Shown: positions 17,878-27,289 of the stretch, piece after piece
Layout: the number at the start of each line of letters is the position of its first letter
How positions within the stretch are numbered: position 1 is the stretch's first letter
NCBI GenBank assembly: GCA_035501795.1
Contig: DATJVL010000017.1
Span: 3,750 to 67,749, forward strand
DNA length: 64,000 nucleotides
Direction of reading: 5' to 3'
Source of the DNA: Steroidobacteraceae bacterium
GTDB taxonomy: Bacteria > Pseudomonadota > Gammaproteobacteria > Steroidobacterales > Steroidobacteraceae
The notes under the pieces: model-generated
Databases searched by the model: none
What the model saw: the letters and a program-made list of their open reading frames with translations, nothing else
What the model was told of the DNA's origin: nothing
Made by a program: the position numbers and the translations under genes

Positions 17878-18351
17878 GCGTTGGGCTTCTGAGGCGCTGG
17901 CGGCGCGGAAAGTTCCCGGAGGATTTTGAAGCGCGCGATTGTGCGGGGGAGGCACCCCGGAATTCAACACCCGCAGGACGCGGGGTCTGGCGGTCACGCT
18001 GCGGTCAAGTGCCGCGGCCACACTTTGCACCCCCGGGGCCCCGAGGCCTCGCGGCCCCCAGGAGGGTCGGGCGATGCGGCCGATCCGCTTCCCGGGACGG
18101 CGGCTGCGGCCGGGGCGCGCGGCCGCGGACCTGTGCCAGGCGCACCAGCCGGTCGAGGCCGCCGCGCCTTTGTGTGCGAATCCGCCTGCCTGCTCCACGT
18201 CCTCACGCAGCGACGAGCGGCTCGAGGGCGCCGGCAACTGGGGCCGCGCTCGCGGACGGGCGCCTCTTTGGCCGCACCCGCTACGGCGGGCTGCTGCTGT
18301 GCGATGCCTGCGGGACGCAGCGCGGGCCGGTGCGCCTGCGCGCCCGGCGCG

Positions 18352-18972
18352 CTAGGGGCTGAAGCGCCGGCGCGCGCGCCAGTAGAGGATGCACAGGATC
18401 CCCCCCAGCATGCCGCCGAGGTGAGCGAAGTGCGCGACGCTCTGCTCCCGCCCGGTCACCCCGAAGAACAGCTCGACGAGCGCATAGCCCCCCACCACGA
18501 GCCAGGCCGGCAACGGCACCGGAATCGGCAGCACGATGAGCTTCTGGCGCGGGAAGAACCAGGCGAACGCGAGCAGCACCCCGAACACGCTGCCGGAGGC
18601 GCCGATGGTCGAGCCGGCTTCCGGCAGGTGGGCGGTGACCGCGAGCTGCACGATCCCGGCGCTCAGGGCGCAGATCAGGTAATAGAGAAGAAAGCGCCGC
18701 GCGCCCCAGTACGACTCGAGCGTGCGCCCGAACATGTAGAGGGCGAACATGTTGAGGAAGACGTGCAGGAAGTTGGTCGGATCGTGCAGGAAGGCGTAAG
18801 TGAGCAGCTGCCACGGATGAAACAGCGGGGTCGCGAGCGGCCACAGCCCGAAGAGATTGATCAGCAAATTGCCCGTGAGCAGCTCGAGCACGAAGACCGC
18901 CAGGTTGGCGAGGATCAGCGCGCGGGTGACTGGCGGCAGGGACCACATGCGTCCCATCTTACCCAAGCTCAC
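18352..18972 (-). CDS. rhomboid family intramembrane serine protease
   Basis: The product has 6 TM helices, catalytic GASGSVFG and HLGGMLGG motifs. Confidence 0.88.
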   Translation of the reverse strand: MSLGKMGRMWSLPPVTRALILANLAVFVLELLTGNLLINLFGLWPLATPLFHPWQLLTYAFLHDPTNFLHVFLNMFALYMFGRTLESYWGARRFLLYYLICALSAGIVQLAVTAHLPEAGSTIGASGSVFGVLLAFAWFFPRQKLIVLPIPVPLPAWLVVGGYALVELFFGVTGREQSVAHFAHLGGMLGGILCILYWRARRRFSP

Positions 18973-19466
18973 AACATGCGCTGCAGGAAGACTAAGTCGA
19001 GCCAGCGGTCGAACTTGTAGCCGACCTCGCGCAGGTGTCCGCTCTGTTGGAAGCCGAGCCGCTCATGAAAGCGGATCGAGGCCGCGTTGGCCGCGTCCAC
19101 GCCCGCGACCATCACGTGCTTGTGTAGTGCCGTGGCGCGCCTCAGCAGCTCCTGCAGCAGTCGCGTGCCGGTGCCGCGGCCGCGGCCATCGCCGCGCACG
19201 TGCACGCTGTGCTCGACCGTGAAGCGGTAGCCGGGCCAGGCGCGGAAGTCGCCGAAGCTGGCGAAGCCGGCGACTCCGCCGCCGTCCTCGGCGATGAGCA
19301 CGGGGTAGCCCTGGCCGGTGCGCTCGCGCCACCAGCGCACCCGCTCCTCGAGGCTCACCGCGGTAGAGGAATAGACCGCGGTCGAGGTGGCGATCACGTC
19401 GTTGTAGATCGCCACGAGTCCGGGCAGATCGGACTCGGTGGCGTCGCGGATCTGGAGCTCAGGCAT
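18969..19466 (-). CDS. GNAT family N-acetyltransferase (phosphinothricin/methionine-sulfoximine acetyltransferase-like)
   Basis: The 165-aa product reads IRDATESDLPGLVAIYNDVI...RGRGTGTRLLQELL...IRFHERLGF. It overlaps the rhomboid start by 4 nt. Confidence 0.85.
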   Translation of the reverse strand: MPELQIRDATESDLPGLVAIYNDVIATSTAVYSSTAVSLEERVRWWRERTGQGYPVLIAEDGGGVAGFASFGDFRAWPGYRFTVEHSVHVRGDGRGRGTGTRLLQELLRRATALHKHVMVAGVDAANAASIRFHERLGFQQSGHLREVGYKFDRWLDLVFLQRML

Positions 19467-19515
19467 GCCGGCCGCAGTTTAGGCGGCGGCGCGGCGGCGG
19501 GGAATGCGCGGCGCG

Positions 19516-20793
19516 CTAGGGTTTGATGAGCGAGACGAGCTGCGGAGCTGACCGTGCGGGCCCGGGTTCCTGGGGCCGCTCGGGGTGCAAGTGAGCGCAG
19601 GACTTAGCGCTGCCGCGCGTGCGCAGCCAGTGCTCATAGCACAGCTGCGCCATGGCCGCGGGCGAGTGGCGCGCGGCATCGAGCGCCAGGTCGCAGGGCT
19701 TGAGCGGGCCGTAGAGCGCGGGCTGGGAAGCCCGGAACAGCGCCACCGTCGGCACGGCAGTGGAGCTCGCCAGGTGCATCGGCCCGGTGTCCGCGCACAC
19801 AAACATGCGCATCTCGCCCATGGCGGCCGCGAGACGCTGCGGCGTGCGCACGTGCAGGGCGGCGAAGCGCGCATCGGTGGGTGCGCTCGTGGGCGTCGGC
19901 AGGAACTCCACCGGCACGGCCTCGGGCGCCAGCTGCCGGAAGCGCGTCCAGAATTTGAGCCAGTACTGCCGGTCGAACGACTTGGCGCCCGTGGCATGCG
20001 CAAAGAAGCCCACGGTCTGCGCATCCTGCGGCTCGATGCCGCGCCGCCGGAGCGCCTGCTCGATGAGTGCGCGCCCCTGGGCCTGCTCGCGCGCCCCGCC
20101 GGCGTTTCGCAGGCGCAGCCCCGTCGGCTGGTGCGCCACGCCGAGCGCCCGGTGCAGCAGGAACACCGGCTGGATGGCGCGATGTGCCGGCATCAGCGCC
20201 TCCGGCACGGCGTGCGTGAGGCGCGCCCACTGGTGCTCGGAGCCGAAACCGAGGCGCTGGCGTGCGCGGCACAGCGACAGCACGATGCGCGCACTGGTCG
20301 AGTTGGGCATGGGGTCGATTGCGAGGTCGTAGCGCTGCGCGCGTATCTGTGTCAGCGCCTGCAGGTAGCGCCAGGGCAGCTGGATGCCGCGGCTGGGGAA
20401 GACGATCACGCGCCGCACGCCCGGCAGCTCGCCGAGCAGATCGGTTGCCTGCGGGTAAGCGGTGGCGACATCGATCGCGGCTTCGGGAAGCAGCTCATGC
20501 AGCTGCTCGATGAGCGGCGTGAGGAACAGCGCGTTGCCCATGCGCGCGTTGACGCGGCAGATGAGTACGCTCTTGATCTGTTCGGCGCTGAGCGTCGCGG
20601 CGCTCGCGTGTGCGCGCGGCAGCCGTGCCAGCATGCGCCCGAAGCCGGCGCGCGCGCTGATGCGCAGATGTCGCAGCGCGGCCGGTGCGCGGCGCAGGTC
20701 CCACCAGACGCGCCGCGGCGCCGGCGCGCTAGCCGGTAGTGCCACGGTGGCTTGCTGCGGCTGCTGCATGGCGTGTGTGCCTTCGGTCGCCAT
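19516..20793 (-). CDS. glycosyltransferase family 9 (heptosyltransferase-like)
   Basis: The product has RMGNALFLTPLIEQL near the N-terminus and CADTGPMHLASSTAVPTVALF near the C-terminus. The true start may be downstream of 20793. Confidence 0.78.
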   Translation of the reverse strand: MATEGTHAMQQPQQATVALPASAPAPRRVWWDLRRAPAALRHLRISARAGFGRMLARLPRAHASAATLSAEQIKSVLICRVNARMGNALFLTPLIEQLHELLPEAAIDVATAYPQATDLLGELPGVRRVIVFPSRGIQLPWRYLQALTQIRAQRYDLAIDPMPNSTSARIVLSLCRARQRLGFGSEHQWARLTHAVPEALMPAHRAIQPVFLLHRALGVAHQPTGLRLRNAGGAREQAQGRALIEQALRRRGIEPQDAQTVGFFAHATGAKSFDRQYWLKFWTRFRQLAPEAVPVEFLPTPTSAPTDARFAALHVRTPQRLAAAMGEMRMFVCADTGPMHLASSTAVPTVALFRASQPALYGPLKPCDLALDAARHSPAAMAQLCYEHWLRTRGSAKSCAHLHPERPQEPGPARSAPQLVSLIKP

Positions 20794-21024
20794 CGGCCCT
20801 CATGTGCCTGCGTGCGGCACTGGTATCCGCGATCAGCTTCGGGGCATCCCTGAAACCGCGCCGGCCATCCTGGATCCGTGCCGAATTGGCGCTTTGCTGC
20901 GGATTCTGCTTAAGGCAATCTTAAGAGTAAAGCCCCTGTGGCCGGAGGGGGACGGAGCCCCGCTGGCTGTGCGTTCCGGCGCGAGCGTGTACCCCGATGC
21001 TTCGCGGCTGAATATGATCCGGAC

Positions 21025-22226
<1,202 letters not shown>

Positions 22227-22230
<4 letters not shown>

Positions 22231-23195
22231 CGCGCCGCTGCCCAGGGCAGCCGCTCGAGGTCGAGGTTGGCGCCGCTGAGCACGATGCCCACGTCGCGGC
22301 CCGCAAAGCGCGCCGCGCAGGACCTGAGGGCTGCGTAGGGCACGGCGCCCGAGGGCTCGACCAGGATCTTCAGCACGCTCCACAGCTCGCGCATGCCCTC
22401 GATGATCGCCGGGTCGCTCACCGTGAGGATGTCGGCGACGTGGGCACGGATGGCGGCGAAGGTGCGCGCACTCAGGGCGCCGCGCAGCCCATCGGCGATG
22501 GTTTGCGGCGCGGGCATCGGCTGCAGCTGTCCGCTGTGCAGTGAGGCGGCGGCGTCGGCGGCACCCTCGGGCTCGGCGCCGAGCACCTCGAGCCGCGGCG
22601 CCAGGTGCGCGCTGGCCACCGCGCAGCCGCCGAGCAGGCCGCCGCCACCGACCGGGCAGATGAGCACCTGCAGCTGCGGCACCTCGGCGAGGAACTCCAC
22701 GGCCACGCTCGCCTGGCCTGCCATCACCAGTGCATCGTCGTAGGGATGCACGAAGGTGGCGCCCGTGCTGGCGAGCAGTTCGCGCGCCGCCTGCTCACGC
22801 GCGGCGAGCGTGGATGCGCAGAAGCGGATCTGCCCGCCGTAGCGGCGTACCGCGGCGCGCTTGGCCTCGGGGCTGTTGTCCGGCATGACGATGTAGGCGG
22901 GGATGCCGCGCAGTGCGGCGGCGCGCGCCAGCGCCGCGCCGTGATTGCCGGAGGAGTGCGTGGCGACCCCGCGGCGCGCCTGCGCCTCGCTCAGCGCCAA
23001 CACCGCGTTGGCGGCGCCACGCGCCTTGAAGGCGCCGCACTTCTGGAACGTCTCGCACTTGAAATACAGCCGCGCGCCGGTGAGTGCATCGAGGCTGCTG
23101 CTGCGCAGTACCGGCGTGTGCAGCACGTGTGGCGCAATGCGCGCCTGGGCGGCTTCGATCAGAGGCCAGTCGGGGTAGTGCTCGGGGTGGGACAC
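22227..23195 (-). CDS. PLP-dependent serine/threonine dehydratase family protein
   Basis: The product has CGAFKARGAANA (PLP lysine), SSGNHG and GGGGL motifs. The track ORF start (23369) overlaps the S8 gene. GTG 23195 gives a typical length of about 322 aa, but the start remains uncertain. Confidence 0.85.
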
Positions 23196-23244
23196 CGCGG
23201 CGCCAGCATGGGCGGCGCGTGCCGGCAGGGTCAAGGTGGGGCGC

Positions 23245-24477
23245 TCAGGGAGCGCGGGCGAGGCGGGTGCCCGCGCCGAGGCGGGCCAGCGCGGCGCTTG
23301 CATCCACGCTGTGTCCCTGTTCGGCCGGCGCGAGCAGCGCCGCGAGGTTCGCCTGGCTGAGGCGCGCATGGGCTGCGGACATAAGCAACGCGATGACGCC
23401 GGTCACCTCGGCGGCGGCCACCGAGCTGCCGGAGACAAAGTCGTACTCGCCGCCCGGCCGCAGGGTCAGCACGTGCTCGGCGGGGGCGTGCAGCGCCAGT
23501 GCCGAGCCGGCGTGCTCGCTGCCCTCGGCGGCGAGCACGCCGGCGACCGAGGTCGGAAAGGTGGCGGCGCCGGCGGGCAGCGCACCGACGAAGGTAATGC
23601 CGCGCTTCACGCCCTGGCCGATGAGCGCGGCGAGCAGCGGGTCCTGCGGTCCGGCGATGCTCAGGTTCACGAGCTGCGCGCCCGAGGTCAGGGCGGCGGC
23701 CAGCGCCTGCGCCAGCGTGAAGGTGTTGCATGCCGCCGCATCCGCATCCGGAGCGAGCTGCCAGCAGGCGGCGAAGACTTCCAGCTGTGCCTGCGGGGCG
23801 ATGCCGACGATGCCGAGATGATTGTTCGCGACGGCGGCGATCAGGCCGGCCATGGCCGTCCCGTGGCGCGAGCCGGCGGAGCCCTGCGGCGGCAGGTAGG
23901 AGTGCGTGCGCAGGATGCGCCCGCGCAGATCCGGGTGCGTGTCATCGACCGGGGTGTCGATGAGTGCCACCTTGATGCCGGCGCCCTGGACGTGCTCCTG
24001 GGCGGCCGCGATCCCGAGTGGACCCAAGTTCACCTGCATGTCGTAGAGCGGATCGTTATAGGCGGCCGCGGCGGCGCTGCTCAGGGTGTGGAACTCCTGC
24101 AGGGGCTCGGCCAGTACCACGCGCGCATCCTGCTGCAGCTGCAGCAGCAGCTCGCCGACGTTGCGGCCCGCGGGCACCTCGTAGACCACGCAGTGCATCG
24201 ATAGCGCTTCGATCGGCCAGCTGGTCAGCTCGCGCAGCGAGTAGGCGTCGGCCACGCGGCGCGCCTGTCGCTGCGCGGCCTGTGCCAGGCGGTAGCCATC
24301 CCCGCCGTAGCGCGTACCGGTCGTGCCGGCCGGTGCCGGCGAGCCGAGCGGCGCGTTGGCGAACGCCACCACGATGCGAGCGCCGGCCCCGGCGGCCGGC
24401 AGGGGTGGCGGGGCGGCCGCCGCGGCGTGCATCAGCACGCCCAACAACAGGAGAAGTGCGAGTCGCGCGGCGCGCAT
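23245..24477 (-). CDS. S8 family (subtilisin-like) serine peptidase, secreted
   Basis: The product has a signal peptide (MRAARLALLLLLGVLMHAAAAA) and a propeptide-like N-terminal domain. The catalytic triad contexts are ALIDTPVDDTHPDL, HGTAMAGLIAA and GSSVAAAEVTG. The gene starts 2 nt after the anti-sigma stop. Confidence 0.88.
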   Translation of the reverse strand: MRAARLALLLLLGVLMHAAAAAPPPLPAAGAGARIVVAFANAPLGSPAPAGTTGTRYGGDGYRLAQAAQRQARRVADAYSLRELTSWPIEALSMHCVVYEVPAGRNVGELLLQLQQDARVVLAEPLQEFHTLSSAAAAAYNDPLYDMQVNLGPLGIAAAQEHVQGAGIKVALIDTPVDDTHPDLRGRILRTHSYLPPQGSAGSRHGTAMAGLIAAVANNHLGIVGIAPQAQLEVFAACWQLAPDADAAACNTFTLAQALAAALTSGAQLVNLSIAGPQDPLLAALIGQGVKRGITFVGALPAGAATFPTSVAGVLAAEGSEHAGSALALHAPAEHVLTLRPGGEYDFVSGSSVAAAEVTGVIALLMSAAHARLSQANLAALLAPAEQGHSVDASAALARLGAGTRLARAP

Positions 24478-24479
24478 CT

Positions 24480-25187
24480 TCAGCGCACCGCTGTGCTTCC
24501 CGCTGCCTCGTTCGCGGTGGTACCGGGCACGGGTTCGATCCAGCGGACCCGAGGATCACCGCGCAGCCGTGCGGCGAGCGCCCGCAGCCTCTGGCTGCCG
24601 GCGGCCGACTCGCCCGGCTCCGGTGCGATGCCGAAGACTCCGCTCGTGTCGGGCGCTTCCACTATGCGTGCGTCGGCGGAGCGCAGCAGCTCCTCGATGG
24701 TACCGAAGGGCAGTGTCGGGTCGAACGCCACGTGCAGCACCTGTGCCGGCGCGCGCGGGGGACTGGTGTAGGTGCCGTACAGCGGCTGCGACATTCGGTA
24801 CGCGGTGGCGGACAGCAGACCCAGCGTCACCGCCAGCAGGAAGCTGGCCGCCCAGGCCAGTCCGGGTGGGCGCCACGTGGCCGCCCGGGTGAGGCGCCTC
24901 GCCGGCGCGCGCACCGGCGTGCGGCCGGACGCACTAACCGGTGCCTGCTCGCCCTCGATGCGCTCCATGAGCTTGCGCAGTGAAGGCCCGGGGGCATACG
25001 TGATGCGCTCCGGCTCGGTGAGCAGCCCGCACACGCGGCGCTGCACCTCCAGCTCCTGCGCGCATGCGGCACAGGCGCGCACGTGCTCCTCGGCCTGCAG
25101 CCGTTCGGCACCGCCGAGCCGGCCGTTGGCCAGCCAGGGCAGCAGCAACCAGACTTCGTCGTGGTCAGTGAGCATGTGAGTATTCAT
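24480..25187 (-). CDS. anti-sigma factor (zf-HC2 type, single TM)
   Basis: The product has the N-terminal HVRACAACAQEL zinc motif, a TM helix (WAASFLLAVTLGLLSATAY) and a periplasmic domain of about 85 aa. It overlaps the ECF sigma gene by 4 nt. Confidence 0.8.
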   Translation of the reverse strand: MNTHMLTDHDEVWLLLPWLANGRLGGAERLQAEEHVRACAACAQELEVQRRVCGLLTEPERITYAPGPSLRKLMERIEGEQAPVSASGRTPVRAPARRLTRAATWRPPGLAWAASFLLAVTLGLLSATAYRMSQPLYGTYTSPPRAPAQVLHVAFDPTLPFGTIEELLRSADARIVEAPDTSGVFGIAPEPGESAAGSQRLRALAARLRGDPRVRWIEPVPGTTANEAAGSTAVR

Positions 25188-25789
25188 GCGGATCGGCCTT
25201 CGCGCTGCGGCGCAGGGGGCACGGAGGGCGCGGCCAGCTGCGGCAGCAGCCGCTGCAGCTTCGCACGCGCGTGAAACAGGCGCGTCTTAACCGTGTTGAC
25301 CGGGCAGTTCATGATGGCAGCAATCTCTTCGCAGGAGTGACCCAGCTCGTAGCACAGCTCGACCGCGAGGCGCTGCTCGACGGGCAGCTGCGCCAGCGCC
25401 TGGCCGAGCCAGTCGCGCAGCTCCTCACCCCCGGCCGGCGTCTCAGTGGTGAGTGGCTCATTGGCTAGGGCCAGGTTCTGCTCATTGAGTCGTGCGGCGC
25501 TGCGGAACGCGCTCCGCGCCTTGCGGTAGGCGATGCCGAGAATCCAGGTCGAGGGCTGTGAGTCGCCGCGAAAGTCGCCGGCCTTGCGCCAGACCACCCA
25601 GAAGGTGTCGTTGATGACCTCCTCGGCCAGGTCATAGCGGCGCGTGAGCCGGGTCAGGAAGCGCGCGAGGCGCCGGTGGTAGAGGCTGTAGAGCTCCTCG
25701 AACGCACGCCGGTCGCCCGCGGCGATGCGCCTCATGAGCTCCATCTCCCGGGCCACTGTGGCCGCTCCGCGATATGTTGAATCCGCCAT
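25184..25789 (-). CDS. ECF-type RNA polymerase sigma factor
   Basis: Region 2 reads DLAEEVINDTFWVVWRK. Region 4 HTH reads HSCEEIAAIMNCPVNTVKTRLFHARAKL. Confidence 0.92.
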   Translation of the reverse strand: MADSTYRGAATVAREMELMRRIAAGDRRAFEELYSLYHRRLARFLTRLTRRYDLAEEVINDTFWVVWRKAGDFRGDSQPSTWILGIAYRKARSAFRSAARLNEQNLALANEPLTTETPAGGEELRDWLGQALAQLPVEQRLAVELCYELGHSCEEIAAIMNCPVNTVKTRLFHARAKLQRLLPQLAAPSVPPAPQREGRSA

Positions 25790-25807
25790 AGGCCTGAAGG
25801 GTTACCT

Positions 25808-25835
25808 GTCGCGCGCTTGTTCCCGGTAAGTTCCC
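25808..25835 (-). promoter_or_regulatory. candidate autoregulated ECF promoter
   Basis: The minus strand reads GGGAAC-TTACCGGGAACAAGCG-CGCGAC: a GGAAC-type -35, a 16-nt spacer and a CG-rich -10. It lies 19-46 nt upstream of the sigma start codon. A second GGGAAC repeat sits 11 nt downstream. Confidence 0.25.
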
Positions 25836-25885
25836 GCTTGCGGCGCCGCGGTTCAAAGCACCCTAGGCCCAGTGGGCCATCCGGG

Positions 25886-26659
25886 TCAAAAGTGCCAGGC
25901 GATGGTCGCGGCTACCTTGTGATTGGCACTGGGGTAGGGAACGGAGCGGGCCGCAGCATCCTGGGTGAGGAAATAGCCCACGTCGAGGCGCCAGCGGCCG
26001 CGCTCGTAGGCGGCCCCGGCGTTTCCGTAGGCATAGCCCGTGGCGCGCTCGATCCCGGGGCCGGTGCCCTCGGAGCGGTAATATCCGGCCCCGGCAGTGA
26101 CATAGAAGTGCTCCCACAGCAGCCATTGCGCCGAAGTGTCCGCCACCCAGGCCGGGGCACGGCTGATGCGCTGGTAGACCCAGTAGCGCACGGCGCTCGG
26201 AATCCAGGCGACCCCGAGGGACCAGCGATCGAGGTAGCCCAGGCCGAGGGAGAGCTCCTGATAGTCCGCGGAGGGCTCGTAGTCGCTGGCATTCACGTAA
26301 TAGCGAGCGCGACCACTCGCCGTCAGGCTCCAGGCCGTGTCGAGCGCAAAGTGATGCCCCAGATACAGGTCCACCAGCGCGTTGGCGCCGGGCTCGAGGT
26401 CCTTGTTGCGGGTGGAAGTCCATATCCCGAGGAAGGAGCCGCCGGCCGTGCCGAGGTGGGCATCCGCCTGTACGGCACCGGGGCTGTCGCTTTGGGAGAC
26501 CCCGCGGTAGATGTAGTCCGTGGTGAGGGCCAGGCCCGCGCCGAAGCTGACTCCATCGAAAGGGGTAGGGACATCGGAGCGGGCGGCCTCGATCCTCAGC
26601 AGGCCGAGGAGCAGAAATCCCACGGCTGCGGGCGTCTTATGGAAAAGCGCTGCGGGCAC
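25886..26659 (-). CDS. outer-membrane beta-barrel protein, TIGR02001 / Gcw_chp-like family
   Basis: The product has GVSFGAGLALTTDYIYRGVSQSDSPGAVQADAHLG, many aromatic-ended beta strands and a C-terminal ...TIAWHF. The start is uncertain. GTG 26659 gives a signal-peptide-like N-terminus, while the track ORF starts at 26773. Confidence 0.7.
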   Translation of the reverse strand: MPAALFHKTPAAVGFLLLGLLRIEAARSDVPTPFDGVSFGAGLALTTDYIYRGVSQSDSPGAVQADAHLGTAGGSFLGIWTSTRNKDLEPGANALVDLYLGHHFALDTAWSLTASGRARYYVNASDYEPSADYQELSLGLGYLDRWSLGVAWIPSAVRYWVYQRISRAPAWVADTSAQWLLWEHFYVTAGAGYYRSEGTGPGIERATGYAYGNAGAAYERGRWRLDVGYFLTQDAAARSVPYPSANHKVAATIAWHF

Positions 26660-26803
26660 TACGCTGGTCCGGATTGCCGGGTTGGCGTGCGCGAGTGTAG
26701 TAGGCGCGGGCGTCCGCAGCACGCGCTCGCAGGGCCGGTCGCAGCCTACCGCAGCCGTGCCGCTCACAGACAAGCCCCCGGTAAATGAAGAAACGTATAC
26801 TGT

Positions 26804-27289
26804 TTGAGTATGAAGACCTTAGCGCCGGCTGAGCATGACGCCGTGCGACGCATCGTCGCGCAGCTCCGCGACCGCCCCGGCCCTCTTTTGGAGGTGCTGC
26901 ACGCCATCCAGGGGGAGCTGGGGTTCATCCCGGAGGGGGCCATCGCGCCCGTGGCCGACGGGCTGAACCTCTCACGGGCTGAGGTGCACGGCGTGGTGAG
27001 CTTCTACCACTTCTTCCGCCACCACCGGCCCGGGACGCACACGGTGAGCGTGTGCCAGGCGGAGGCCTGCCGGTCGATGGGGGCGGTCGCGCTGACGGCC
27101 CACGCCAAGCGCACCCTCGGCATCGATTTCCACCAGACGACCCCGGACGGGCGCTTCACCCTCGAGCCGATCTACTGCCTGGGGAACTGCGCCTGCTCGC
27201 CGGCCGTCCTCATAGATGGGGCGCTGCACGGGCGCGTGAGCCCGGAGCGCTTCGACGCGCTGATTGCCCAGCACACCCGCAAGTCATGA
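26804..27289 (+). CDS. fdsG: NAD-dependent formate dehydrogenase gamma subunit (NuoE-like 2Fe-2S)
   Basis: The 161-aa product has the NuoE-type Cys pattern VCQAEAC...CLGNCACSP. It is the first gene of the fds operon. Confidence 0.88.
   Translation: MSMKTLAPAEHDAVRRIVAQLRDRPGPLLEVLHAIQGELGFIPEGAIAPVADGLNLSRAEVHGVVSFYHFFRHHRPGTHTVSVCQAEACRSMGAVALTAHAKRTLGIDFHQTTPDGRFTLEPIYCLGNCACSPAVLIDGALHGRVSPERFDALIAQHTRKS

Noticed and set aside
16954-18237. Long N-terminal extensions in the track ORFs, for example 16954..18237, 41262..42674, 31365..32567, 35098..36645, 27052..28824 and 12456..13211
   Set aside because: The track uses the most upstream ATG/GTG/TTG. Family-typical N-termini, RBS-like sequences and overlap with neighbouring genes all point to internal starts, which I used in the feature table.
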